Counted from the stretch's first letter, positions 35,255 to 45,755 are shown. The stretch: 63,939 bases of DNA from a virus (IMGVR_UViG_3300025018_000162:1-63939), one strand, 5' to 3'. The notes: generated by a model from the sequence alone, not told the origin. Made by a program: numbers and translations.

Positions 35255-36421
35255 TTATACTGCTAAGCCTGCGAATGTTTCGTCGTCAAGCGTGCTTGTT
35301 CTTTCTATATACTCTGCAATCCCGTCCTGCGCTGGACCACTGTATTCTTCTACTTGCTCTTCTAATAGTCTAACATACATTTGGTATAAGCTGTCTCCTT
35401 TTTTGTCGTTTCCTCTAATGTATGCGAACTGACTTCCGCAATAATAAATTAAAACTGGTACCAATGGTATCGCTATCTCTGTAGACATATTGCTGATAAC
35501 ATCTGGAACTTTGTAGTATGTGAACTCTACATCATACGCTGCCATCGGTGTTGGGTATAGATAATATTTATTACCAAATATAGCGAAGTGAGAAGGTTGT
35601 CCAGTTGAGTTTACACCTTCTGTGTATCTGTTGTAGTCATGTTGTGTAAATAAGTCCAGTTGATATCCGTCAACTTTAATTCTAACTAGTTGTGTTAAAT
35701 CTGTCGGGGATGTGATATAATTCTGGTCTGCCACTGTTTGTGTGCCTGTTGCTATCTCATACCAGAATGGCCATCTCTTTTTTCTTGCCCCAATCTCATC
35801 TAGTCCGTCTTGCAATATCTCCAATGCTATATCCCAGCTAAGTCTTGAGTTCTGGTTTTCATCTATTGTTGTTAGTGCTTTTCTTGCAGCAGATTTGATT
35901 ATGCGTTCTGTTGAACGTCTAGTGAAACTTGTGCTGCCTATTGTTTCTGAATAACCAGAAAGCTCGTCTGTGGCAGATTTGTAATAAGCTGTTGCAAAGT
36001 AACTATAGGTTGTTCCAGTATAAACATACTCAGTAAATTGTTTCGTTGGGTCTATGTCTATCGTGTCTATTAATGTGTATACTGTTGCATCTGCGCCAGT
36101 AAGACCAAAGACCTGTACCTGGTTGTATCTTATAACCGTTACTGGGTCTGATGCTTCGTGGGAGCTAGTTGTCGCCGCTATGGTCAATGTTTTTCCAGAT
36201 GTAGCGGAAGCGTCTATCAGCTTTATTTCAGCCTTCTCGTCTCCATAGACTCCAAGCAGAACATAGAAGTCATCGCTCGTTGTTCCTGGGAACCCAGAAA
36301 TAGATGCAACTGGGATTGTTGTTTCCCCAACAGCTATATCTTGCGTTAGATACGTTTTTGCGCTATCTTCTATCGGAGGGTTGGCGACTTTGATTGAATT
36401 ATTATTAGGTTGTGTTGCCAT
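35255..36421 (-). CDS. head-tail adaptor/tail tubular A-like protein
   Basis: C-terminal GQPSHF...YLYPTP...Y..P motif. Confidence 0.6.
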   Translation of the reverse strand: MATQPNNNSIKVANPPIEDSAKTYLTQDIAVGETTIPVASISGFPGTTSDDFYVLLGVYGDEKAEIKLIDASATSGKTLTIAATTSSHEASDPVTVIRYNQVQVFGLTGADATVYTLIDTIDIDPTKQFTEYVYTGTTYSYFATAYYKSATDELSGYSETIGSTSFTRRSTERIIKSAARKALTTIDENQNSRLSWDIALEILQDGLDEIGARKKRWPFWYEIATGTQTVADQNYITSPTDLTQLVRIKVDGYQLDLFTQHDYNRYTEGVNSTGQPSHFAIFGNKYYLYPTPMAAYDVEFTYYKVPDVISNMSTEIAIPLVPVLIYYCGSQFAYIRGNDKKGDSLYQMYVRLLEEQVEEYSGPAQDGIAEYIERTSTLDDETFAGLAV

Positions 36422-38440
36422 TTATTTAAATATTTTAGGTGTTAGCTTATCCTTTAATCTAGTTATCTTTGGGAGTGTGGCTTCTTTAAATTTGATTATT
36501 TTTGGTTTGAGTGTTTCAAATGTTATAGCAGTTATAAGGTCCACCAAGTTTCCAGTCAATGCGAATACTCCTTTAACTATAGTCAGCGTATACATCTTGG
36601 CGAGAATTGTGTTTATACCAGTAAGTATATACGCTCCGTTATCTGCAATCAAGTTCCTTCCTCTAGCCAAACCAACGGCAAGACCAGTGGACACGAATAT
36701 CTCATTTGCCAATGATATAACTTTATTTTGAGCCAACACTATTGTGTTGGCCGTCAGCGCAAAACTATCTTTAGCCATTAAAATTATATATGTGAAGTCT
36801 CCACTATATGCTAGCGCTACGACGTAACCTACGGATTCGAATGTTCCCCTTGCAATCTGCACCACACGATTGAAGGCTGTTATTATCGCGTTCCCAGTAA
36901 GTACGAATGCTCCTTTTACGGCTGCTAAGACTCTGTTAAATGCGGCTACTATCGCCTTGCCAGTAAGTGAGAATGTCCCGTTATCTGCTAGGAGTTCATA
37001 TGTGTCCCCCTCGGTATAGGTTATTTCTAGGTAGGGGTCATTAGCGGATTCTATATTACTAAATCCAACATATTGATTATCATCAGTTGGAGCTGAATTG
37101 GCTACATCTTTTAAGACTTCTCTAATACATAATTTTGTATTACCCGTTTTGTTTATTCCAGCTAAACCTGTAGCATTTAATGTCCAAGTGTTAATACCAG
37201 AACCAGAGAAGGCTGACTGTGTTATTGCCGTTGCCCAAGCGGTAGAACCACATAAATCAAAATCACTTGCTTGTACAGTATCAGAATGATTAGAATCGTA
37301 TATGTTATATGACCTTGAACCTGTGCCAGTTTTGTTTATACCTAACACTACGTAACTTGCACCTAATATTGAAGCTCCAGCGGTTAATCCGCTTGTATTT
37401 ATTGTAGAAAAATATCTTTCGCAATAATAACTTACAGTACTTTTGAAAGTAAACACATAAGAACTAGTCCCAGTTCTTACTGTAGCTGTTGTAGCATCTC
37501 TTGTTGAACTCCAAGACGATGCAGATGACGTTAAAGATTCGTCACTACCTGGGTAAAAGCTCGTCACCGTATCCGCCCTAACAGGATAAACCGCATTTTT
37601 CAAAAACTGGGTTGGCAGTACTTTGGCTTGAAAAAGTTTACCGTTATGTTGCTTCCAAAAAACTTTGATGTTCTCTTGGGTTGGTGTTTCCGCTCCGTCA
37701 TCAATGATGTAGGCTGGTTGGATAAAAGATTGGGAAGCCTCGTTAGTTTCTTCTTGTATTCTAAAGCCACCTGTTTCTTCAAAGTAATTACCGCTTGTCC
37801 ATTGTCTTAGTTTATCGTTAGCTTTTACTTTTAAGCCTGTGCCTGAATATTCAAATAAAGTCACTAGCTTATGGTTGGAAGTCGGCGGTAATTCTAGTTT
37901 GTTTTTAGCTTCAATAACAATTTCTTTTTTGAAGCCTGAACTAAGCAAAGTTATTTTAAAGTGCAGTCCATTGCCAAAAGCGTTATCGTATCTGATTACA
38001 TTCCCCTCGTCAGTGATATAGCCCTGGACTGATTGCTGGTTTCTAAATACGGAAAAATCTGATAGGTCGGTTTTGTTTACCCAGGCCAACATTCTAGGTT
38101 CGTAAATTATTTCGTGATTGGCTCCCCTATATCTGTTTTGAAATTTAATCAGTTTATTAGCTCCAAAGTCTTTGGCGATAAAGATTTTGTAAGAAGCCTT
38201 GACCATTTGCCAGTAGGCGCCTTTGTCTTCTAGGGTGAAGTCAACGTCTTTTAGAACGTTATCTGTTCCGCTGTAGTGGATATGGCCTGTGTGGGGAATG
38301 GTAACATAAACCTGTTTCCCGTTATCCAAAACAGGAACAACCTCCCCGTTCTCATCGAGTATCGGGTTGCCATTTTCGTCAAGCTCTATCTTTTTGAAAG
38401 TCTTGGCGTTGTAACTACGTTTGTTTATTAATTCGATCAT
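36422..38440 (-). CDS. virion structural/tail appendage protein
   Basis: 672 aa; C-terminal repeats of G.F.LTG. Confidence 0.55.
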   Translation of the reverse strand: MIELINKRSYNAKTFKKIELDENGNPILDENGEVVPVLDNGKQVYVTIPHTGHIHYSGTDNVLKDVDFTLEDKGAYWQMVKASYKIFIAKDFGANKLIKFQNRYRGANHEIIYEPRMLAWVNKTDLSDFSVFRNQQSVQGYITDEGNVIRYDNAFGNGLHFKITLLSSGFKKEIVIEAKNKLELPPTSNHKLVTLFEYSGTGLKVKANDKLRQWTSGNYFEETGGFRIQEETNEASQSFIQPAYIIDDGAETPTQENIKVFWKQHNGKLFQAKVLPTQFLKNAVYPVRADTVTSFYPGSDESLTSSASSWSSTRDATTATVRTGTSSYVFTFKSTVSYYCERYFSTINTSGLTAGASILGASYVVLGINKTGTGSRSYNIYDSNHSDTVQASDFDLCGSTAWATAITQSAFSGSGINTWTLNATGLAGINKTGNTKLCIREVLKDVANSAPTDDNQYVGFSNIESANDPYLEITYTEGDTYELLADNGTFSLTGKAIVAAFNRVLAAVKGAFVLTGNAIITAFNRVVQIARGTFESVGYVVALAYSGDFTYIILMAKDSFALTANTIVLAQNKVISLANEIFVSTGLAVGLARGRNLIADNGAYILTGINTILAKMYTLTIVKGVFALTGNLVDLITAITFETLKPKIIKFKEATLPKITRLKDKLTPKIFK

Positions 38441-38442
38441 GT

Positions 38443-38874
38443 TTAAGCTATAGTTAGTAATCCGTTTGCGTCATCGAAGTCTAGTTTAAATGTTTCTGTG
38501 GCTGCCATTGTTACTGCTGAACCGTAGTCGAAGACTGCAATTAGTTCATCGTTAGTGGCTGTGTCATTATATATGTATACATATCTAAATGTTGCTACTG
38601 CTCCGCTTGCAGTCAGGATTAAGTCTGATAGAGTTAGTTTGTATGTTCCAGCTGTTTGTGCGGATGTACTTGTTATTATATTTCTCGAAGAAAGATTTGT
38701 GTAAGCTATTTGTGTTACGTTAGCTAGAACTCCGTTACCGTCTGCTGTTGGGTCGCTTGTTTCACTGCCAGGGGCGGTGTTAGACAAGGCTACTGCTAGT
38801 TGGTCTGTGCCAAGGTTGTGTTTGCCTTCTGCTACAGCCTCAACGAAGTCATGAATTTTTGTGAATGTGGCCAT
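38443..38874 (-). CDS. virion structural protein
   Basis: ATFTK..FVE..HNL..FRYVYIYND..LIAVFDYGS pattern. Confidence 0.6.
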   Translation of the reverse strand: MATFTKIHDFVEAVAEGKHNLGTDQLAVALSNTAPGSETSDPTADGNGVLANVTQIAYTNLSSRNIITSTSAQTAGTYKLTLSDLILTASGAVATFRYVYIYNDTATNDELIAVFDYGSAVTMAATETFKLDFDDANGLLTIA

Positions 38875-39039
38875 TTGTGTTATTTATTATTTTGATTAAT
38901 TATGAGACACGGTGGGTTGCCCCGTTCCTGTCTTTGATTGTAAAGCTAATATTTTTCTTAAGGTACTTATTAACAAATCTTATTATAATCTGTCTACGCT
39001 TGATGCGTTTCTCTGTCCTTTTATCCATTTTATTTATTC

Positions 39040-40011
39040 TTAAAATTTCTCTTGAGGTAATGCATCCCATTCCTCGTCTGTTATCCCACGACCATTCTTC
39101 CTTACTGCGTCATCTAGGAGCATTAGTGTTCCTCTGTCTTCTGACTCCACGATCTTCAGTTTCCCCTGCATTATTCGTCCGAACTGACCAGTCTTCTCGT
39201 TTCTTATAAAGAGTAGGTCGTTTATTTTGACAAAATCTTCTACGTTTATCATATTTATTTTTTCTTCTAATGTAAACTTAAATCCATATGAGCCATATTT
39301 ATAGCTCAGGACTAGCGACTTAATAAATGGGTCGTAGTGGTCAAATATTTGTTTTGTTACGCTTCTCAGTCTCAGTGTGGCGTGATTTATTTTTTCACTA
39401 GGGTTATAATATAATCCATTGTTATCTTTATACCAAGCATTAACAAATACCTGTATTGGTGCATATTTCAAAGCTTCGTCTATGTTGGTCATCTTGACAG
39501 CCTCGAACGCTACGTTGAATCTTTCTTTAAACTCTAGCCCAAGGTCTTTCATATCTTGCGGTGGGTCCTGGTAGTATTCGTCTTCTCCCATGTTGGGGCC
39601 GAAGGGATACAGCGATTCTGGTACTAGTCCGTTCTTATGGATTGAATTAGCAACGACACTCGCACTATTCCCAATCCCAACCTTTGTCCCAGCCATAGCT
39701 CCAGTGAACCTATCGCTGAAGTTTATTTCACCATCTACTATGTAGCCCTTCTCCTGAAGCCACAGGAGCCCCCTGGTGCTGATTTTATGCTCAGTAAGTA
39801 GATACTTACCATATACCTCTAAAGCGTTGTTAGCGCTGAAAGCTACACAATTCCAGGTGTCGAAAAGCGAATTAAATTGCTTCTCATTCACTGTCTTATA
39901 CATCGTCCAAATTCCATCTTCTCTTACGACTACATTATCGTGTTTCGTATCTGACCCTAAGAATATCCAGTCGGTGATGTCCTTTTCGATTATTAGTCCA
40001 GTGTTTCTCAT
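39040..40011 (-). CDS. papain-like (C1-type) cysteine peptidase, possible lysin
   Basis: EKQ...WNCVAFSA catalytic Cys, NFSDRF, INHA catalytic His, FDHY. Confidence 0.65.
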   Translation of the reverse strand: MRNTGLIIEKDITDWIFLGSDTKHDNVVVREDGIWTMYKTVNEKQFNSLFDTWNCVAFSANNALEVYGKYLLTEHKISTRGLLWLQEKGYIVDGEINFSDRFTGAMAGTKVGIGNSASVVANSIHKNGLVPESLYPFGPNMGEDEYYQDPPQDMKDLGLEFKERFNVAFEAVKMTNIDEALKYAPIQVFVNAWYKDNNGLYYNPSEKINHATLRLRSVTKQIFDHYDPFIKSLVLSYKYGSYGFKFTLEEKINMINVEDFVKINDLLFIRNEKTGQFGRIMQGKLKIVESEDRGTLMLLDDAVRKNGRGITDEEWDALPQEKF

Positions 40012-40069
40012 ATATAAATTGTAATGTTATAAATTTGGGAGATTTCTCTCCCACCTCTTGTTGAGGATT

Positions 40070-40393
40070 TTATTTTTTGATTCTCTTTGTAAGACAATCT
40101 TGGCAATAGCCATGTGTCTCTGTTTTCGGGTCGTGCTTTGTTTTTCTAACTAGGCAATGGTTGTACTCGCTACAAATTGTAACGTAACCGCTACTGTCTG
40201 AAAAAATACACACCCTGTCGTCTTCCCCGAGCTTGCATCCGTAGACACACTCGTCTTTATGCTCGGTCCCTTTTGATTCTACGCAAACGATACAAACCCT
40301 GACAAAGAACTCTTCCTTTTTCTTCTCACATGGATATGGTGCTTTATTTTTTAGCATCATCTCGATTATAAGTGCATCCATCATTTTGAACAC
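40070..40393 (-). CDS. Cys-rich hypothetical protein
   Basis: multiple Cys; THGYCQDC. Confidence 0.5.
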   Translation of the reverse strand: MFKMMDALIIEMMLKNKAPYPCEKKKEEFFVRVCIVCVESKGTEHKDECVYGCKLGEDDRVCIFSDSSGYVTICSEYNHCLVRKTKHDPKTETHGYCQDCLTKRIKK

Positions 40394-40737
40394 TCCTTGC
40401 AGACTCTAGCGCCTGCTGGTTCGATTGAACATCCAGTAAAAAACATTCCGTCTGAACACTTCTTAGCTTTGTGCTCCATAAGGAAGCAGGTACTACAGAA
40501 CTCCTCTTTCCCAAGCTCATTGTAGCAGAAGTGTTGCTTGCATATACTGCAAAAGAACTTTTTGTACTTAAGGTGAGCGACTGCTCTTTTATCTGCCTCC
40601 CCAATCTTCATCATGATTTCTGCGAACTGCTTAGCGATATCGTCTATCGGCTTGTACTTTTTCGGTGTATTCTCTGTGTTTCTTTCTTTATGCTTCTTCT
40701 CTCTCCGTTTCTTTTTCCTCTTGTCGTGTTTGTTCAT
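40381..40737 (-). CDS. basic Cys-rich hypothetical protein
   Basis: K/R-rich start, CxxC pairs. Confidence 0.5.
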   Translation of the reverse strand: MNKHDKRKKKRREKKHKERNTENTPKKYKPIDDIAKQFAEIMMKIGEADKRAVAHLKYKKFFCSICKQHFCYNELGKEEFCSTCFLMEHKAKKCSDGMFFTGCSIEPAGARVCKECSK

Positions 40738-40823
40738 CTAGACTCCTCCTCTGTAAATGATGCTTTTGTTTAAAGAACAACCCTTTTAATTGGGAGGAGC
40801 TCTTGCGCCCCCCCCGCTATCGA

Positions 40824-40967
40824 TTACTTTTTATTTTTATTTTGTATATTAAATGTTTTCCTATCGGAAAATTCTGCTCTTTTAGCGTCGTTCCAGCTCG
40901 TCACTGGTCTCATGTATCCATTGACCCTGCTGAACACCTCACATTGTTGTCTTCTTAGTTGATTCAT
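40824..40967 (-). CDS. second stand-alone NrdD-type glycyl-radical peptide (47 aa, not in ORF track)
   Basis: MNQLRRQQCEVFSRVNGYMRPVTSWNDAKRAEFSDRKTFNIQNKNKK. Confidence 0.8.
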   Translation of the reverse strand: MNQLRRQQCEVFSRVNGYMRPVTSWNDAKRAEFSDRKTFNIQNKNKK

Positions 40968-41703
40968 ACACCGTGTTGTTAAAAATAAACTTATTATTTA
41001 TAATCAAGATAGGGTATAAGTTGAAACTCCCATCAGGCATTATATAGACAACTCCAAATCCGTTTATCCACGCACTTGGTCTATTTTTCATGAAGTCTGG
41101 GGCCAAGTCACACAAGCAAGGCAATCCGTAGGCAGCGTGGAAATCGTTTGAATCCATTCGCTTTGTTTTAGATTGCATTTGCGGACTATGCATGTGGCCA
41201 TAACACACGCTCTCCTCGAAGGCACCAAGTGTCTTGTCGGCGTGGTATTTGTTATGATAATAGCCATGTATTATATTAAGCTTCCCCAATTTATATATTT
41301 TATTATAACGAACAATTTCATATCCCCTATCTTCTAATCCTAAGCAAATCTCTGGTTCTATGATTCCTTCAAGTTCTGGATTCTTATCAATATACTGCTC
41401 TGCCCAATCTTCGTGATTTCCGTTTAGCCAGACAAACTTTGTTTTTTTGCCTACTAACTTTTCTATTGGTTCAAGTATATCTTTGTTGAATCCTATATAA
41501 TCTTGCTTAAGTCTTTTCAGTTCTATCTTACGTTTTTTGTCTTTATTCCAGTGTGAAATTACCCCCATATCTAAGTTATCGCCTGTATAAATAACCTCGT
41601 CTGGGTTGAAGTCCTTGATGAACTTCTTAACTAAATCTATTGACCCTGGAGCGTGCTCTGGGTAATGAATATCTGGTAGTAATACCGCTTTCCTAATTTT
41701 CAT
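40939..41703 (-). CDS. metallophosphoesterase
   Basis: PDIH, GDNLD, GNHE, HG, GHMH. Confidence 0.85.
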   Translation of the reverse strand: MKIRKAVLLPDIHYPEHAPGSIDLVKKFIKDFNPDEVIYTGDNLDMGVISHWNKDKKRKIELKRLKQDYIGFNKDILEPIEKLVGKKTKFVWLNGNHEDWAEQYIDKNPELEGIIEPEICLGLEDRGYEIVRYNKIYKLGKLNIIHGYYHNKYHADKTLGAFEESVCYGHMHSPQMQSKTKRMDSNDFHAAYGLPCLCDLAPDFMKNRPSAWINGFGVVYIMPDGSFNLYPILIINNKFIFNNTVYESTKKTTM

Positions 41704-41737
41704 ACATCTTCTATATTAAGTTTTTAAAATTATTATC

Positions 41738-42049
41738 CTAGATAACCACAAGAGCTACTATCCCTCCAAAAACCGCGCTAAGGATAATCCCCACAATGCC
41801 GAACACAATCTTTTGTGTGAGCTTTGTCGCATACTTCTTGTCGGCTTCAATCATAACATGTTCGTGTATCTGATACGGCATCCTCGCCACTATCTCCTTT
41901 AGCTCTATTTTGAAATCGCCGAAATCTTTACCAAGGTCTTTTATGTCAGCCTTGAGTTCTTTAATTTCGTTCATAATTGGTTTTATGTTTGTTTTGTAGC
42001 AATCGCCCTGTGACCGTTCTAATGCTTCTCTTGTAATCGGCGTATCCAT
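41738..42049 (-). CDS. coiled-coil membrane protein (holin-like)
   Basis: coiled coil plus C-terminal TM helix. Confidence 0.5.
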   Translation of the reverse strand: MDTPITREALERSQGDCYKTNIKPIMNEIKELKADIKDLGKDFGDFKIELKEIVARMPYQIHEHVMIEADKKYATKLTQKIVFGIVGIILSAVFGGIVALVVI

Positions 42050-42050
42050 T

Positions 42051-42338
42051 TTAGTTTCCTTTTAAATATTCTTTTATTACGTTAATTAAAAATGGAACCA
42101 TAAAAGCTACTAATGCGGCCACGTTTGTATTGGTAAAATCTACTCCACCTAAGTAGTCTAGCCCGTATAGTGCAGCGGCGCCAGTACCTGCAATTAATGC
42201 ACCCTTCGTAATCTTAACAAGTGTCGAACTGTCGAAACTATTTTTTGTTTGCTCTCCCATCCCTAGCTGAATAAATTTGTCGTATATTTTCATAGTTTTA
42301 TTAATTGTCCTCATACCACAATTCGAATGTGGCCCCAC
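42051..42338 (-). CDS. putative holin (true start likely downstream of track start)
   Basis: two TM segments; ends INVIKEYLKG. Confidence 0.5.
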   Translation of the reverse strand: MGPHSNCGMRTINKTMKIYDKFIQLGMGEQTKNSFDSSTLVKITKGALIAGTGAAALYGLDYLGGVDFTNTNVAALVAFMVPFLINVIKEYLKGN

Positions 42339-43707
42339 CGCTTGTTGTCCCAGCGGAAGTTGGTGTATTAAATCTTGTCTCTATGTCTGTTTTTTCTGAT
42401 ATTTTTATTGGAACTTGGAATCGAAATTGTTCGCTTCCACTAAACAAATAGGACCTATTCCTTATCCTCCATGGATAGAGAATTCCACCGTCAAGTTGTC
42501 TTGTGAACAGAGATATTCTTGCTCCCTTATTAGAATTAGTCGATGCCTCCATCCCTATAATGTAAGCATCTTTACCAGCCGGAACAGTCCAGGTTGTCAT
42601 TAAGGTTTGTGAATCACCAATCGTAATCACCAGTTGTGTTGTTGTCCCTGCATTATTTGTAACCGTAATCAACCCTTCGTTGGCGTAAGTCGTCCCGCAT
42701 GTCGTCCCATATGCTCGATAGATTCTAAGATAGCTGTTGGCAGTTGTCACTATAGTTAGGCCAGCCATGTTCACAGTCTCAGAGATTCTGTTTAGGTTGG
42801 CGTCCAGTCCCTCCAGTGTTAATGTCCTTATACCAGTGCCTCCTACAGTGTCGTTTGCAGACGTGCTAGATATCTTCAACTGTTGTGCGGTGTCCATATA
42901 GATATATCTATCTGTTGGCCCCTCCCAAACTGTGCTCTGTATCGCCGCTAAAATTGCTGTTCTTGTGCCGAATTTCAATAAAGAGTCATGTCCAGCAATT
43001 GCCCCTTTCGCGATTGAGTATGTATACGGAGGAGCATTAACTCTAAGCAGTTTATCGAAATCTGTCTTTACATTCTGGAAAACCCCATTGTCGTCTTCTC
43101 CTGTTATGGTTGCCTTAACCAACTCTGCATCGTCTTCGCCAACAATGGCATCACTCGTTCTATGAGAACTTGGTTTGACGTAACAGCGTCTTAGAAGAGA
43201 TGTCAAATTGAATCTCGTTTGTGCTATCGGACCGTTAGTATAAACTATACGATAGTATCTTTCTGCTGGTCCGAATGTAAAGGTTTTTGTCGCATCTGCG
43301 AGTATCGTGAATTTATCATACTCGCATGCGGTTATCCCATCGTTACTCCATTGAACCTCTAGCCCGTCTGTTGCGCTTGCCTGGTCTGCCGATACGTTAA
43401 CACTAAGCACTCCATAGTCTAGAGTGTCTTGCCACCCACTGCCAGTGAAAACCTCGTCTGCCCCTAAAAGAGTCGTAGCAGTGTTTTGCAAACACTGGTG
43501 TCCTTCAAGATTAACAAGAAGCTCGTTGTTTGTTGTGTTGATGTTATATTTAACAGCGACAACGTTACCAGTTCCATTAACTATTTGTGTTTTTTGGGTG
43601 CCGTTTGTTTGATTAGAAATAACAGCGTCTTGTTTATCTTCTGTTGACGGGTTAATCTGGTTCCCTATTTCGTTTGTTAGTCCTATTTGTGAGCTTGTTC
43701 GTGTCAT
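42301..43707 (-). CDS. virion structural protein
   Basis: T/G-rich beta protein in head-tail region. Confidence 0.55.
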   Translation of the reverse strand: MTRTSSQIGLTNEIGNQINPSTEDKQDAVISNQTNGTQKTQIVNGTGNVVAVKYNINTTNNELLVNLEGHQCLQNTATTLLGADEVFTGSGWQDTLDYGVLSVNVSADQASATDGLEVQWSNDGITACEYDKFTILADATKTFTFGPAERYYRIVYTNGPIAQTRFNLTSLLRRCYVKPSSHRTSDAIVGEDDAELVKATITGEDDNGVFQNVKTDFDKLLRVNAPPYTYSIAKGAIAGHDSLLKFGTRTAILAAIQSTVWEGPTDRYIYMDTAQQLKISSTSANDTVGGTGIRTLTLEGLDANLNRISETVNMAGLTIVTTANSYLRIYRAYGTTCGTTYANEGLITVTNNAGTTTQLVITIGDSQTLMTTWTVPAGKDAYIIGMEASTNSNKGARISLFTRQLDGGILYPWRIRNRSYLFSGSEQFRFQVPIKISEKTDIETRFNTPTSAGTTSGGATFELWYEDN

Positions 43708-44717
43708 TCTTTTATATCTATTTTAGGCATAGTTATCCCAGCGTCATCATACAGTCCTTTAATGTGGTTATAGAGCAAACCTAGATCCTTTTTGCCTTTA
43801 ATGATTGAGAATTTTTGTGACCTGACTTCGTTAAGGTCTTTCTGTGCTATCGCGTGTTGTTTGCGAAGGTGCTCTAGCTCTTTTGAGTATTTATCTTTGC
43901 TTTTCTCTTGTTCTAAAGTAAGTATTGTAAGTCTGTCTTTCGCCTCGGCTGCTTCGTCTAACGCCACAACTGCTTCCTTCCTCGCTTTGGCAATAACTGC
44001 GGTTAACTCTTCAAGTCTTGCGGATTCTTCTTTAAGCATCTCTTGGGCGTATTTGTAAGCCCCAAGCGCGTCCAACTCTGCTGCTTTAATCTTTTTTGTT
44101 TTAACAGCTATTGCCACCTCTAGGGTCTCTTCGAGCATTTCTATTTCATACAGCAATTGTCCTTTTCTATCCTCTAGCTTATTAAGTTCTCCCTCTTTTG
44201 CTGTCTTTTCTTTAGCTAGTGCAATCACCTTTTCTTCTAGTGTTATCGCTTCCATTTGCTTGGAAGAAATTTCTTCTTCTATATCGAGTCTGAATTCATT
44301 TGCTGCTGCCTGCATTGCGGCTATAACTTCCTGTTTATTATTTTCTGAAGTCCTAATAAAGCTGTCTCTGTTTTTCTTAGCTGTTGCAAGTTCCTTTATT
44401 ACGCCGAGTAACTCTCCAGTCTTATTGTCAATCGCGGCGTCTAGTTTCTCCTGCTTTTCTATCATATCTAATACGCGCTGATTTTCTGCCTCATATTGTG
44501 CTTCTGCATCGCTGAGTTTTTCAAAGATGTCGTTACATTCGTATGCTTTCTGTTCTGTAATTCTTGTTACATCCTTGAGTGTTTTGTTCTCTTCTTTTAT
44601 TTCTTTTTTTATTTTAGATAGTTCTGCTTTAAAGCTACTTATTGTTGCTAAAAGCTCCAATGATTCTGTTCCGTTCTTTGTTTGTTTAACAGGGAATCTT
44701 CTTACTTGTTTAGCCAT
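43704..44717 (-). CDS. long coiled-coil protein
   Basis: E/K/A heptads throughout. Confidence 0.6.
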   Translation of the reverse strand: MAKQVRRFPVKQTKNGTESLELLATISSFKAELSKIKKEIKEENKTLKDVTRITEQKAYECNDIFEKLSDAEAQYEAENQRVLDMIEKQEKLDAAIDNKTGELLGVIKELATAKKNRDSFIRTSENNKQEVIAAMQAAANEFRLDIEEEISSKQMEAITLEEKVIALAKEKTAKEGELNKLEDRKGQLLYEIEMLEETLEVAIAVKTKKIKAAELDALGAYKYAQEMLKEESARLEELTAVIAKARKEAVVALDEAAEAKDRLTILTLEQEKSKDKYSKELEHLRKQHAIAQKDLNEVRSQKFSIIKGKKDLGLLYNHIKGLYDDAGITMPKIDIKE

Positions 44718-44727
44718 AAAAGTTTCT

Positions 44728-45126
44728 TTATTCGAATGATGATGCTACAACTGTGAGCTCACCAGCTGTGTAAGCTAAAATACTCACGGTTAGGAATGTT
44801 AATCCCTCTGTGTTAACCTCAAATATTTTATATGCGTCTGCTCCTACAACAGCGAACCCAACGTTTCCGTCTTTCAGGTCACCGTTGTATGTGTCTATTG
44901 TCTCTACATAAGCCCACATGTTGCTAGCAGATTGAGCTGCACTAAAGTCTGGGGGTGTAATTGAAATAGCTCCCTGAACCAAGGCTGTAAGTGCTGCATT
45001 TCCTCCTCCGTCTGTTGCGAAGCTAAGCATAACTGTGTCGTAATCCCTAACGTCTATCGTTGTTCCAGTAGTAGTCTCGCTAGCTGCGCTTAACAGTACA
45101 TGAGTTTGATATAATCTTTGTCCCAT
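44728..45126 (-). CDS. putative virion structural protein
   Basis: beta-rich, downstream of capsid. Confidence 0.5.
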   Translation of the reverse strand: MGQRLYQTHVLLSAASETTTGTTIDVRDYDTVMLSFATDGGGNAALTALVQGAISITPPDFSAAQSASNMWAYVETIDTYNGDLKDGNVGFAVVGADAYKIFEVNTEGLTFLTVSILAYTAGELTVVASSFE

Positions 45127-45132
45127 TTTTTT

Positions 45133-45444
45133 TTAATTAATGAAGGTAGAGCCACCGCTTATCATAAATTCCGCTAGGTCTTCATGCATGTTCCGTGGGT
45201 CTTTCCTATTTCTTATCGCCCAATTCTTTCTCATGGCGTTCCCAACAAGGTCGTGCCTTGTGGTGTCCATGCTGATTAGGCGTTTAAGAACCCATTTGGC
45301 GCTCCCAACACGTTGGTTCTTAATAGTAAAGAGAACGTGTGTCTTCTGGGCGTCAAACGGACTCTTTCTTAATATGTCTACCGAACCATCTAGGTTCTTT
45401 TTAAATGTGAGCAACTTATCGTATTGCTTTAATACTTTTTCCAT
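45133..45444 (-). CDS. hypothetical protein
   Basis: 103 aa in late operon. Confidence 0.55.
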   Translation of the reverse strand: MEKVLKQYDKLLTFKKNLDGSVDILRKSPFDAQKTHVLFTIKNQRVGSAKWVLKRLISMDTTRHDLVGNAMRKNWAIRNRKDPRNMHEDLAEFMISGGSTFIN

Positions 45445-45449
45445 TTGAT

Positions 45450-45716
45450 TTATTTCTTTGCGGGTTTTTTAACTTCAGCCTTTACTTCTGTTTCAACTTG
45501 TTTTTCTTCAACAATCGTTTTGATTGGCTCTATTGGTTGGATGGCTCTTGTATCTGTTTGTCCTATTTTAATAACATTAAGACCCCAATCTCTTGCCTTT
45601 TTAAGAATATGAGTAGCGAATCCTTCGTTTGCGACATCCATTTCACCTTTAGGAACTGTCAAGTCTTTTGAATCATATCTAATTTCAAAGGCTTCCCCTT
45701 TATTTTCTATTTTCAT
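45450..45716 (-). CDS. hypothetical protein
   Basis: 88 aa, K/E-rich tail. Confidence 0.55.
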   Translation of the reverse strand: MKIENKGEAFEIRYDSKDLTVPKGEMDVANEGFATHILKKARDWGLNVIKIGQTDTRAIQPIEPIKTIVEEKQVETEVKAEVKKPAKK

Positions 45717-45755
45717 GTGTGTTTGCTTTAAGTATAACTAATTATACAATACTAT

